A stretch of DNA of 64,000 nt from Setoptus koraiensis (lineage: Eukaryota; Animalia; Arthropoda): positions 6,138,001 through 6,202,000 of the forward strand of contig CM106585.1 in the NCBI GenBank assembly GCA_048013815.1, written 5' to 3'. Positions 1-11,291 of this stretch are shown in pieces; positions within the stretch are counted from its first letter, which is position 1, and the number at the start of each line of letters is the position of its first letter. The position numbers and the translations under genes were made by a program. The notes under the pieces are model-generated. The model was not told the DNA's origin. It made no database searches and saw only the letters and a list, made by a program, of their open reading frames with translations.

Positions 1-48
1 GCGAACAAGCGACCCAACAGCAACAGGTGAATCAAAGCAAGTGTCAAC

Positions 49-1263
49 ATGCAGCTTGTGCAACAACAACACTGCCTCCACATGCCCAGTCTGCCAATGG
101 GGCCCCAAACTCACCACCACCACCAACAACACCAACAGCAGCCGCAGCAGCAGCAGCTGAGCCAGCACAACTGCCACTATTCCATGTATGATTCTTACAG
201 TTATGATTTGAACGACACCTTCAGCGACATACTGAGCGCCCCCTCGACGCCCGAGCCCCCGTTCGAGCCGCTCGACGCGCGCCAGCAGCACCACCTGGCC
301 GCGTACGCGAGCACCATGGACACAATCACATCGATGGGCGCTGGCCCCAACGCCGCAAGCGTCACACACGTCACAAATATGAGCGCAAGTATCGCCACGA
401 ACCCAAACGCAAGTATCACGCCAAACATGCACGCGAACGCGACCAACTCGAACCCGAACATGACGAATTCGAACATGACGAATTCGAACATGACGAATTC
501 GAACATGACGAACTCGAACATGACGAACTCGAACATGACGAACTCGAACGCAAATACGGACACGAAAATGATGCAGCAGCAGCAGCAGTACCTGTGGCAG
601 CCGCTGTCGCCGCCGGAATCGTCGCACTACGGCGAGGCCTCGCCCGGCTCCAGCTACTCGGTGGCCACGCCGGCCTCGTGCTATTGGTCGACGTCGCCCT
701 CGCCACCCATGAACGCGTCGCCGTCGTCGTGCCTGTCGTCGTCGTCGTCGGCGCCCCCCACAGCCGCCAACACGCCATTGCATCATCAGAATCAGCAGCA
801 TCAGCATCTCCATCAACAGCACCAACACCAACAACAACAACCACAGCACCAACAACAACACCATCAACACCAACACCAACAGCAACCTGTCCTACCCACC
901 AGCACGCACCACCGGTCGTCGCCCATTCACCTGTGGGAATTTCTCAAAGAGCTGCTCCAGCAGCAGCAGCTCCAAAACAACAACAACCTAACAACCGCCG
1001 TGACCGACAGCGACGCGCACCAGCACAGCCAAAGCAACCAAACTGTCACCATCATCAGGTGGCTCGACAGACAAAAGGGCGTCTTCAAGATCGAGGACTC
1101 GGTGAAAGTGGCCAAGCTGTGGGGCAAGCGCAAGAACAAGCCCAAGATGAATTACGACAAGCTAAGTCGCTCGATAAGGCAATATTACAAGAAGGGCATC
1201 ATGAAGAAGACAGACCGATCTCAGCGCCTCGTCTATCAGTTTTGTCCGGCCTACTGCCAATAG
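49..1263 (+). CDS. Ets98B: ETS-domain transcription factor, SPDEF/Ets98B subfamily, single exon, Q/H/N-rich N-terminus, no PNT domain visible
   Basis: C-terminal ETS domain IHLWEFLKELL...IIRWLDRQKGVFKIEDSVKVAKLWGKRKNKPKMNYDKLSRSIRQYYKKGIMKK...QRLVYQF closely matches the SPDEF/Ets98B signature (KIEDS, SRSIRQYYKKGI, QRLVYQF). ATG49 is the first in-frame ATG after an in-frame TGA at 28-30; upstream exons cannot be excluded. Confidence 0.9.
   Translation: MQLVQQQHCLHMPSLPMGPQTHHHHQQHQQQPQQQQLSQHNCHYSMYDSYSYDLNDTFSDILSAPSTPEPPFEPLDARQQHHLAAYASTMDTITSMGAGPNAASVTHVTNMSASIATNPNASITPNMHANATNSNPNMTNSNMTNSNMTNSNMTNSNMTNSNMTNSNANTDTKMMQQQQQYLWQPLSPPESSHYGEASPGSSYSVATPASCYWSTSPSPPMNASPSSCLSSSSSAPPTAANTPLHHQNQQHQHLHQQHQHQQQQPQHQQQHHQHQHQQQPVLPTSTHHRSSPIHLWEFLKELLQQQQLQNNNNLTTAVTDSDAHQHSQSNQTVTIIRWLDRQKGVFKIEDSVKVAKLWGKRKNKPKMNYDKLSRSIRQYYKKGIMKKTDRSQRLVYQFCPAYCQ
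457..549 (+). repeat. 15-bp coding minisatellite (aacatgacgaaYtcg), about 6 copies, encoding (NMTNS)n
   Basis: Direct reading of the tandem units inside the ETS ORF. Confidence 0.9.
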
Positions 1264-4200
1264 CCGATGCCGACACCACCACTCAAGGTACGTATCACAA
1301 ATTGCAATTTGCAGAGCCACTTGCCTATGCTGATTTTCCTATGCTGGCCAGATATTTCGTTTCGTCAGAAATTTCATGTAACAGCGGCACAATGTTGGAC
1401 GAAACGTTTCGCCGGAGAGAGAATTCACCATGTTGCATGACGATGAATTCTTTTTTCATTGTCGAAATTGATTATTGGTTAGCGGCTGTACAGGGTGTCG
1501 CGCCGACAGTGGATCGCCTGTGCCGCTGTCGGGCGCGCATTCGGCGCATTCGGCGCATTTGGCGCATTTGGCGCAACTTGTTGCGCGCACCGAGCGCACC
1601 GAACCGGGCGGCCGAACGCTGTGCGCGCAACAAGTCGACCAAACTGGCGCAACGGCCTGTACACGCGCCAGCACGAGATAATGGAGCGACCAGCGAAGCG
1701 CCAGACAATTCTGGCGGCGCTCCCAGCATTCTGGCCACTTCTGGCCGGCGCTGGTCAGCGTGCCTGTGCGTTCGGGGGCAGCGAGAAGCCGAAAGAAAGG
1801 CCAGCGAACGCCGAGAGAAGCCGAAAGAACGGCCAGCGAACGCCGAGAGAACGAGAGAACGGCCAGCGAACGAGAGAATAACGAGCGAGCGAGAGATGAG
1901 CGGAGAAAGTAATAATAATGATAATAATCGAAATGATGTTCCCTTGTTGTTGCTGCTCTGTAACAAATCGACCAGTCAAGGTCACCGACAGCCCGACAAC
2001 AGCAGCAACAACAGCAGCAACAACAGCAGCAACAACAACAGCAACAACGGCAGCGGCAGCGCCGGCGACACGACCAGCGCCAGAGATTAGCCAGTCGGTC
2101 GTCATGACGCTGCGAGTTGGCAGCGGCGATAATCGCTGCTGCCGCCGCCGCTTCGAAAATAATAATGATGATGCTGATGATGTTCGCGCGAACGCCTTCT
2201 TGTTGGGACTTGTGTTCGGACCTGTTGTTGTTGTTGCTCGGACAAATCGACTGGCGAAGGTCAGCGCGGCAACAGGTGGAGAAGCCGCGCGGAGCCGCCG
2301 AACGCGAGCCAGCGAGAGCCAGCGAGAAGGAGCGAAAAGAAGCCAAGAGAAGCCAAGAGAAGAAGCGAAAAGAAGCGAAAAGAGAAGCCAACTTTCTCCT
2401 GTTTTCGGGCTGCTACTTGAGCTGCGGCCGCCGCCAAAGCCACTCGTCGTCGTCGTTGCGAACAACAGCAATTATTATTCTCCACGGCAGCGCCAGCAGC
2501 AGCTTCTTTTTACATTCTTTTACAGCTAATCTCAGCACATTCGGCCACTCTCATGGGCCATTTACATTCGGTGTCTCTCTCTCTCTCTCGCTCGTTTTAT
2601 CTGGCTGCAACCTGCATCACTTGTTAGTAACGCCACTTACACTGCTGCCGCCGTCGCCGTAGCTGCCGCGTCGTTCGCAAATTGAACAAGACATGCAATG
2701 AATGATGATTATCTGTTGTTGTTGTTGTTGTTTTCATGTTAATTTTATGCCATGTTAGCAATCAAAACGAACAACAACGATGAGCACACAAGATAAAAGA
2801 TGAAATCATAATTATCATCATTGGTCATTTTGTCTGCCGACGGGCCGAGTTCATTGTGCCGCTGCCCCTTATCGGACACTCGCATCTCTCACGGGCCTTT
2901 CCCACCATCGGGCACCGCCGAGCACCACCGAGCACCACCGAGCATCATCGGGCACCGTCGAGCACCGTCGGGCACCACCGAGCGCTTGCTAGTAGCAAGC
3001 TGTCCGGTGCGGTGCATCGTATGGTGCACGAGTCACTGAGCCGCGCCCAAGCTGAATGACTCTATCAGCTGATTGTTATCTAACCAGCCGGTATTGCATT
3101 GTTTGCACACACACACACACACAATTGTCAGCTCAATGGGGGCTCCCGCGGCGAGGCTCCCGCAGCGCTCATTACAAGTGGCATCACTGGTCACTTGGCG
3201 TAATCAAATCATCACCCTGGCGGTGTCAGCAGTGCGCCTGTTGTGCGCAAACAAAGGAACGAGCCCGATTAGTTACTCACTGACACTGGCCACTGACCAC
3301 TGGCCACAACAGCTGACCATTGACATTCGGCAGACTGCCGAATACGACACATACATAGATAGACAGTGAGTCCAGGTCTGTTTTGGCCCACCGGCCAGCT
3401 GATGACGGGCGTTCTGACCAGTAACTTGTCAGTGACAAGTGGGGGCGCTCGCTCAGCTGATCGTTGCCCAGCTGATTGGCTCAAATGACAGTTGCTCGGC
3501 TGATTGGCTCAAGTGACAGTTGCTCGGCTGATTGGCTCAGCTGGCAGACAGGGGCAAACGGCGGAGGCCCGCTCATCGAACTGGCACTTGTGTCAATTTT
3601 GGCGTCGAACGCCGAGTGGGCCAACAAGGGCGCCAGTTGCGCAACAGACAGGCAGCCCGTGTCAGTGCAACAACAGCAACAGCAACAACAACAGCAGCAA
3701 CAGCGACAAGCAACAGCTACAGGTAGTTGCGGTGGCGACCGCGCAAACTGGCCGTCGAGGCAACGAGGCGACCGCTGGCGCCAGCGAGCCGCTCCGGCCG
3801 GCAGCACATAGCAGACAGATAGCCAATGGCATTTCGTTTGGCAGGCATTAATTATCGGTGCGGCGCTACCGGCCCGCGCCTATGCACTGCTCATGTATTC
3901 TCACATGTTATTATGTATGCGTCGGTCAGTTGGCGTAATTATATAACACCAAGAAGCCGAGCGATATCGAGCGAACAAGGTTGCGCTCGACGCGACTTGG
4001 GCCATTGCGGCGATTTCGGCCAGTTCGGCCAGTTCGGCGATTGCGGCGATTCGGCGATTGCGGCGATTCGGCGATTGACACACAATAATGCGCGTACACC
4101 GACCGTCTATACGTACTGACCACTCTCATTTTTTTATCATATGTTCATATCGAAACAGGTCTCTATCTCTGGCCGATACAACAACGCGAATTACGACAGG

Positions 4201-5088
4201 AGGAAAACAAATTAATGAGACACACACACAATGATTGTTAATGGCGCACAATGGAACGCGGATGGTTTGCTGGTCGCCGGTCGCTCGTTGGCGGCATCGG
4301 GCCGGCAGCGCGCACTGACCACTGGTCAAGTGCGTGCCAAGGTATAACTAATTATAATTATTCTCTCTCTCTCTAGGTGTACGTGAGATGCAGCGAGAAC
4401 AGGTATGCAGAACAGTGAGCGGCAATGCAACAGGTGACTGTGGTAGCAGTACAACAGGTAGTGGCAGCGGTCGTACCGATTGGACGGACGACACACACGG
4501 GGGGACCACGCCAATGGACAAAGAGTAGCGGACAAAAAGAAAGTGACCAGTGGCGCCACAAACGGCCACCAACGGCCAGACAAACACAACAGCGTAGGGC
4601 TGCACCTCATATTCAAGCCAACTCATAACAGGCCCAAAACAGTTTTGTTGTGCTGGTATGCCCTATATACCTATATAACGCTTTATAACGCTTTATAAGG
4701 GCCAGGTGAGCCGGGCCATTATTGCATAATAGACAATGATAATTTGTAACGGCGTTGTAGCGGGCCACACCAGCGGCCTTTATGCGACGGTATGCGAGTT
4801 GCAGTCTGTATTTTGGCAAAATAATTTTGCTGTATATGTAAGTTGCAGATTGTTGCGCGGGCCGATATTCACGCGTGAATATGGCCGCTCATCGTGCCAT
4901 GATGATCATGGTGGCGATGGGAGCGAGTCGGACACCAGGGGAGACGGGGAAGCGGAGAAAGGGAGAGGCGAGAATTGAACTTGAAACCGATCGGATTTGC
5001 AATCGGAGCGTGATCTAAATCGAGCGCTGGCAAGCTTGTGCAAACTTGTTTCACTCTGGCTGGTTGCTGGATGCACTTGTTGCAGTGC

Positions 5089-5090
<2 letters not shown>

Positions 5091-5154
<64 letters not shown>
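5091..5154. repeat. (GT)n microsatellite, about 32 units
   Basis: Perfect dinucleotide run. Confidence 0.95.
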
Positions 5155-5155
<1 letters not shown>

Positions 5156-7089
5156 GCCAGATAGAGGCGAGCGACCATAAAAATAGACGCAAACAGCGAC
5201 AGCGAGCGAGAGAGAGAGAGAGGCTATAATTGGTTATGTTATTTCCGCATTAATTAGCCGAGTGGTGGCATCGGCGGTTGTCGTTGTTGTTTACCTTTGA
5301 GTGGTCGCATGCGTTAATGGATAAAGTATGACAACAACGACAACGACAGCGGCAACGACAACCACAACGACAACCGCAACCACAACCGCAACCACAACGA
5401 CAACAACCACAACCACAGGCGCAAAAGAGTGTGCGCCGATAAATAACTGGATCACCATTATTTGTGCTGGCCATATTTCACGAGTTGGCCGCCAGTTAGC
5501 GGTTGTTGCTCAAATTTCACCCGTTGCGTTATTTGAACACACTGGCGAGCGGCAGCGCCGTTATCCTGCTCTTGCCAGATGACATTAATTTATAACTGTG
5601 GTCTAGCCAGCCAACTGACACTACACAAACAAACAAACACACAGTATACTAATCTTGATTCGAGAAAAAGAAATCAATGTCACACACAAGTTGCACACCG
5701 TGCACAACACCAACAACAACGGCAACAGCAACAACTCGCTTGCCAGTGGCGCAACAAGAAGAAGTTGCTTTATTTAGAAAGATGTCGTTTTTATTATTCA
5801 AGATCATTCGCCAGATTCAATCTAGATTATCATGAAACGACTTCGTTCCTACAAACAGATATCTCATGAACACATACACACACACATTCAACCATTTGTA
5901 TACATTTTAACATGATTGATTTTGATATTCAGCCAGCGCAGACAGCATGCAGTGAGGTCTGCTGGCGGCATCGAGTTGTCGCTTGTGGCTCGCCTTTACC
6001 AACCAGCCAGTCAGCCAGCCTAAATCAAAGCGAGCCACTTTAGCAGATCACACAAATCTCAGGCGAGCTCTGACAAGCCGACTCGGCGACACGACAAGGG
6101 ACGAGATGAGACGAAAAGCGAAGAGATGAGAGAAGAACCAGCAAACGACGACGACGACGACGATGCACATGCCTAGACCGAGAAACAGCAGTGGTAATTG
6201 TAATAATTAACCGTTTGTTTATATCCATTTAGCTATTTTCATCTAGCTTCATGCATATCACCTACTGGAAACTAACCCACAATCTATTTATTTAACACAT
6301 TGCTATTTATCCTAATTCGTTAAAAGCCAGCCAGTCTGTCAGCCAGCCAGCCGACCGACCAGCAATATGAGCTGGTAGTCGCAACTGCCACAACGCACAC
6401 ACTATCACTATGACAGTATCACCATGATAGTATCACCATGATAGTATCACACAACTTGTATCGCCAATCCATTAATCTATAAATTAATTTATTAATTTCT
6501 CTGACACGCCACACACTGCTATCAAACTTGCAAACTTTCAAACTGCTAAACTCAAATCTATCCATCTGACATTATTCCATCTGCTATCTGTGTGTTCGTG
6601 TTTTGTTCATTATTCATTATCAACTTTCACACTCCAGCACAATAACCAACAACAACAACAACCACAACAACAAATAGCTTCTTCTCAACGATATTTGTCT
6701 CAATGTCGTTGCCCGTACATGTGCACCATCTTTCCATACCAACCAAAACAATTGTCTCTCCGTCTCTCGCTCTCTCTCTCTGCCTCTTTATCTGTTTGTC
6801 ACACTCACCCAACTCACGGCAATCAAATCAATTGCCTACCACCATTGAACAACACTGTCTCCAATTGTTGTTCAACCAATCCGCTTGCCAGCCTATAAAT
6901 TGATTAACGGGCTCAACGGGATCATGTAATGCTGCAACTTCCTATTACATGCACCGTTACCACTACTGTAACGGTAAATTTAAAACGATGTGTGTGTTTA
7001 GAATCGCTATGCATCGTCGTGATGCTCGTGGTCGAGCAATCAACGATTGTTTGTTTTCATAACAAACCTATTCACTTTACCCTACAAAG

Positions 7090-8110
7090 ATTCAGCTGTT
7101 GAGTTCTTGATGATAGAGACACCTTCATCGAGCGATACTAATGAGATATCATACTGATTGATTATTATTGAAACACAATTACCATGCCTACTGCAGCTTG
7201 ACACTATTACAGTTAATTGTGTCTAGTTTCATATCTGATTTGTCAAATTCAGACATATTAGTGTCACACGAATGGATGCCATAAACGGCGACCCACTTTT
7301 TGATACCATGGATTCCCATTGAACACAACATAAGTGAATTGACACTGACTGTCGTCTTGATGCCCATTCAGCCAACCAGCGTCTAGCCTGACTCATCCGC
7401 AAACTAGGGCTACCAATCAAACGAAACGGTGGTCAACTGGTCAAGCACGCCAAGTGTGGCTGTCGTAAAATAGATAACTATACTCAGTTATTGCCCGTTA
7501 TTCCGTTGACACACTTAACTGACCGGAGCTAGTAACCGTTAACCGTTAGCATCATATTCACAATGTGCACACTATGTGAACGACAAACATGCCAGCCCAT
7601 ATATCACAAACAACAAATTATGTCAACAACTGGATAAACAACAACTCGGCTATATCACAAACAACAAGTTTAGTCAGCAACGACATTAGGAACATGGGCC
7701 AACACTAAACGTTCTACATAATAATTAGTCATATGCACTGGGCAGTTGGTCACCAATTTGTTTCAATCTTATCGTCAGTCACATAACTCTCTAGTATCAA
7801 TCGATCGGTTGCTCAATCTCTTGTTCCTTTTCACTGTCTTTACGGGTGAATTTCCTAACATATATCAATGATATATTTCTCGATCAGTCATTAGCTCGTC
7901 GGAGCAAAATGACTGCCCTTCTATGAAGGGACTGAAACAATCGCATAAACACACACACACACAGGAAGCTTATTTATACAGACGTTATTACGTAATACCT
8001 GTTCCATGGATGTAAACATGTACATATGTCAAAGTCTTCGAGGGTGAAATTCCAAACATATATCTATGGTAAACATGTACATGTCCAATATAAATAGATA
8101 GGAAAGTTAT
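7090..8110 (-). pseudogene. Decayed beta'-COP (COPB2/Sec27)-like WD40 relic, copy 1 (N-terminal propeller)
   Basis: Minus-strand frames, broken by many stops and frameshifts, give colinear motifs resembling COPB2 (from memory): IYVWNFTLEDFDIC (~8060; VCVWNH..FEVC), LNGHQDDSQC (~7370; LEGHAQNVSC), RRLWHP (VRIWHS), KLDTINC (RLESTLNY), SLDEGVSIIK (~7125; GYDEGSIIVK). Boundaries approximate. Confidence 0.5.
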
Positions 8111-8687
8111 ATCACAATGGCCAGACGAATACGAGAATCAAGCGTCCAGAATGCATGATTGTTCACTACTCAATATACAATATTATCAACACCATGCTCA
8201 CATAACGGAATCTTGGAATATCCAATCAAAATAGCAGTGACAGACGTCGGTCTCTCAAATAATTATCAATCAAAGATCAGATCGAACAAAGCATCACTTA
8301 CATATAGACGAGTGTGTGAAAATGCATATATTTAATAAAATTGTTTATTATTTTTGATATTGTGATTATCCAAATATTAATAATATCATAAACCTAAATC
8401 CTCTCTTGACATAATTAACATACCTAGACACCGATTAACTCAGGAGTAGTGTGATATCTAGTATAGACAATAACTCGCTTTTGTTTAACAAACTGATTCT
8501 ATTTGAATCTATCGTTCGGCTTCTTTCATTTCATCATAATAAACGACTAAGATTGTTTCAACCTCCTTAGTTGATGATTATGCGCAGGTGCCTAGTAGTG
8601 AAACAATAATTTAATGATATTCATTTATTATAATTATTATTGATTTTTATATATCCATATATATTTATATGTATATATATTAGCTTA

Positions 8688-11291
8688 TCAACGACTTTGA
8701 TCCGGCCTTTGGTTATTAAATCTCCTAGTATCACTTCTATAGAAAACTCTACTGAAAACTGGCCTATCTTTCTGCTGAATGTTAGGCCGCTCGCCCAAAG
8801 GCGCAACTTGATTATAGTGCGACTTCGAATGTTGCGAGTTGTGATTTAGAAGCGGAGCCCCATTTGAATATGAATTTGATGACTGTGATGCGTTCTGAAG
8901 CGATGATGGTGGCTGCCCTATCCGTTCTCTGACTTCAGGTGGAACATCAATAACTATATGCTTCCTTTCAGGCATAGGTCTTACCATGGGCGCTACAGAT
9001 GATGATATATTGTCTTTCTGTTGGTGCGATCGCATTGGTTGCATCTTTTGTTGATGCAAATGATGATGAAGAGGTTGTTGTTGCTGAAATGGTTGCATTT
9101 GTTTAAGATGTTGCAATTGTAGCGGCTGTTGTCGCAAATGTTGTAATGGTTGCTGCTGATGGGGTCTCTGATTTTGATGATGGGGTTGATGATAGGACTG
9201 CTGGTTGGCTTGTTGGAGCGGTTTTGGGTGCAACTGGGGTTGATGATAGGTTTGCTGATTGGCTTGATGAAACGGCTTTTGGTGCATCTGGGGCTGTTGG
9301 TGTCGTGGTTGATGTGGATGCGGTTTCTGTAGTAATTGGAGCTGTTGTTGAGCCTGTGGTTGATGATGATGTTTCTGCTGTAAATGTAGCTGAGATTGTG
9401 GTTGCAGTTGTATCTGTGGTTGTGATTGTGGTTTTGATTGCAATTGTGGCTGCGACTGTGGTTGTGGTGTCGATTGAGGTTGTGGTGGTGATTGTGGTTT
9501 TGGTTCCAGTTGTGATAGTGGCTGAGATTGAGGCTGAGATTGAGTTTGAGATTTAGACTGTGATTGAGATTGTGTTTGAGTTTGTGACGGTAGTTGCGGT
9601 TGAGACTGCTGATGACGTGGTTGATGTTGATGCGGTTTCTGTTGTAATTGTAATTGTGGCTGTGATTGAGGGTGTAGTTGTGATGGGGCCTGTGGTAGTA
9701 GCTGGGGTTTAGATAGTGGTTGCAATTGGGGCTGCGACTGTGGTTTGGGCTGCGATATTGGTTGTGAAATAGGTGGTGATTTAGATTGTGATGAAGGTTG
9801 TGATGATGGTTGTGATGATGGTTGTGATGATGGTTGTGATGATGGTTGTGATGATGGTTGTGATGGTAGTTGTGATGGTGGTTGTGATAGTGGTTTGGGC
9901 TGTGATATGGGTTGTGATTGTGTCTTGAGTTGCGATTGGGCCGGTGACTGGGTTAGCGGTTGCAGTTGGGTTTGTGATTGTGATAGTGGTTGGGGCTGTG
10001 TTTGTGGTTGGGGCTGTGATTGTTGTTGGGGCTGTGATTGTTGTTGGGGCTGTGATTGTTGTTGGGGCTGTGATTGTTGTTGGGGCTGTGATTGTTGTTG
10101 GGGTTGTGTTTGTGCTTGGGGCTGTGATTGTTGTTGGGGTTGTGAGTGTTGTTGTGGTTGTGGTAGTGATTGGGACTGTTGTTGCGATGAACTAGGCTGC
10201 GTTTCCTCCTCATCATCACTGAATTGCAGTTTAGCATCATAATCTATGCGTATTCGACCTGTGGCCCATTTGTTCTGCTTACTGATTCTCTCCAAGCCTT
10301 CAATTTCCCTATCAGTCAGTATGGGAACCTGAGTCGTTATGATCCTACGAGCCATGGCTGAAGCCGATGTCGCAGAGGAAGAGTTTGTGATAGGTCCCTG
10401 CTGTTGGGGCTGTTGTTTCTCTGGTTGCTCCGTATTCTGTTGTGTTGTATGCGGTTGCTGCTGCAAATTCCTATTGTATTGGTGTTGATCTTGTGCTGTG
10501 TGTTGAGATTGCTGCTGCTGCTGTTGATGATTTTGTTGAGGAAAATTACCCGAACTAGAGCTATGTATACTTCCACTGCTATTGCTATTGTGTAATTGAC
10601 GTTGCTGTGTTGGTGGTAGTAAGGGCGCAGTTAACAGAGCTTTATTATGAGCAGCTTGTTCCAAAGATTTTTGGATTTGCTCCTGTTGTAGTTGGTGTGG
10701 CGTTTTTCGTTGTGTGTGTGTTTCAGTCGCCGATGCAGATGGGGTCTGATTAGAACAATTAGACAGAGTGGATTGGGTTGTAGCTGTTTGTTTTTGTGAA
10801 GTTGTTTGTTGCTGAGAATCGTTATTGGTCTGATTATCTAGACTGATAGTTTTAAATTGATCTGTCAACGGTTGATGACGATTTTGCAATTTTCTATCTA
10901 ACAATTCATTGGCTCTGCTTTGTTGTAATTGTTCCGATTGAATTTGTGTCAGTGTTGGTAGTGCTTGTTGTTGCTCGACATGATTAGCATCAGAGTTATT
11001 GTTGTTATTGTTGTTGTGAACATTGTTGTTGTTGTTTGTAGTGTTGGTAGATGTGATGTTAGAGGAGGATATGTTGTTGTTTTTTTGGTTTGATGGAGCA
11101 TTGTTGTTGACATTGTTGACATTAGTGGCATTTGTTGGTAATCTTCTGTTAACTCCAACTTTTCCAAGAGCTTGTAGACCAACTTGGCGAGTGACATTTG
11201 TTTTTTCACTTTTATTACTAACTCCTTGATAGAAATTATTAATATTGATCGCGCTAAACTTTTTATTTTTTTCGCTTTTATTTCCTGACAT
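8688..11291 (-). CDS. PRRC2: PRRC2/BAT2-like (nocte-like) Q/P/S-rich protein, 867 aa, single exon
   Basis: BAT2_N-type motifs KFSAININNFYQG, GLQALGKV...RRLP and downstream IDYDAKLQFSDDEEE. ATG at 11291 (the ORF-track start 11309 is a TTG); ends in tandem TGA-TAA stops. Confidence 0.85.
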   Translation of the reverse strand: MSGNKSEKNKKFSAININNFYQGVSNKSEKTNVTRQVGLQALGKVGVNRRLPTNATNVNNVNNNAPSNQKNNNISSSNITSTNTTNNNNNVHNNNNNNNSDANHVEQQQALPTLTQIQSEQLQQSRANELLDRKLQNRHQPLTDQFKTISLDNQTNNDSQQQTTSQKQTATTQSTLSNCSNQTPSASATETHTQRKTPHQLQQEQIQKSLEQAAHNKALLTAPLLPPTQQRQLHNSNSSGSIHSSSSGNFPQQNHQQQQQQSQHTAQDQHQYNRNLQQQPHTTQQNTEQPEKQQPQQQGPITNSSSATSASAMARRIITTQVPILTDREIEGLERISKQNKWATGRIRIDYDAKLQFSDDEEETQPSSSQQQSQSLPQPQQHSQPQQQSQPQAQTQPQQQSQPQQQSQPQQQSQPQQQSQPQQQSQPQPQTQPQPLSQSQTQLQPLTQSPAQSQLKTQSQPISQPKPLSQPPSQLPSQPSSQPSSQPSSQPSSQPSSQPSSQSKSPPISQPISQPKPQSQPQLQPLSKPQLLPQAPSQLHPQSQPQLQLQQKPHQHQPRHQQSQPQLPSQTQTQSQSQSKSQTQSQPQSQPLSQLEPKPQSPPQPQSTPQPQSQPQLQSKPQSQPQIQLQPQSQLHLQQKHHHQPQAQQQLQLLQKPHPHQPRHQQPQMHQKPFHQANQQTYHQPQLHPKPLQQANQQSYHQPHHQNQRPHQQQPLQHLRQQPLQLQHLKQMQPFQQQQPLHHHLHQQKMQPMRSHQQKDNISSSVAPMVRPMPERKHIVIDVPPEVRERIGQPPSSLQNASQSSNSYSNGAPLLNHNSQHSKSHYNQVAPLGERPNIQQKDRPVFSRVFYRSDTRRFNNQRPDQSR
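9780..10140 (-). repeat. Coding tandem repeats in the PRRC2-like gene: 12-bp (QPSS)n and 18-bp (QPQQQS)n
   Basis: gatggttgtgat units at about 9790-9870 and gttgttggggctgtgatt units at about 10010-10110. Confidence 0.85.

Noticed and set aside
594-2391. Long ORFs 594-2090, 1456-2391, 1755-2471 and similar
   Set aside because: Alternative-frame or antisense shadows of the ETS gene and of CAG/CAA/AGC repeats; no family motifs.
9146-10242. Plus-strand V/D-rich and C/G-rich ORFs (9146-9556, 9745-10242) resembling metallothionein or cuticle repeats
   Set aside because: Antisense reading of the Q/P/S repeats of the PRRC2-like CDS.
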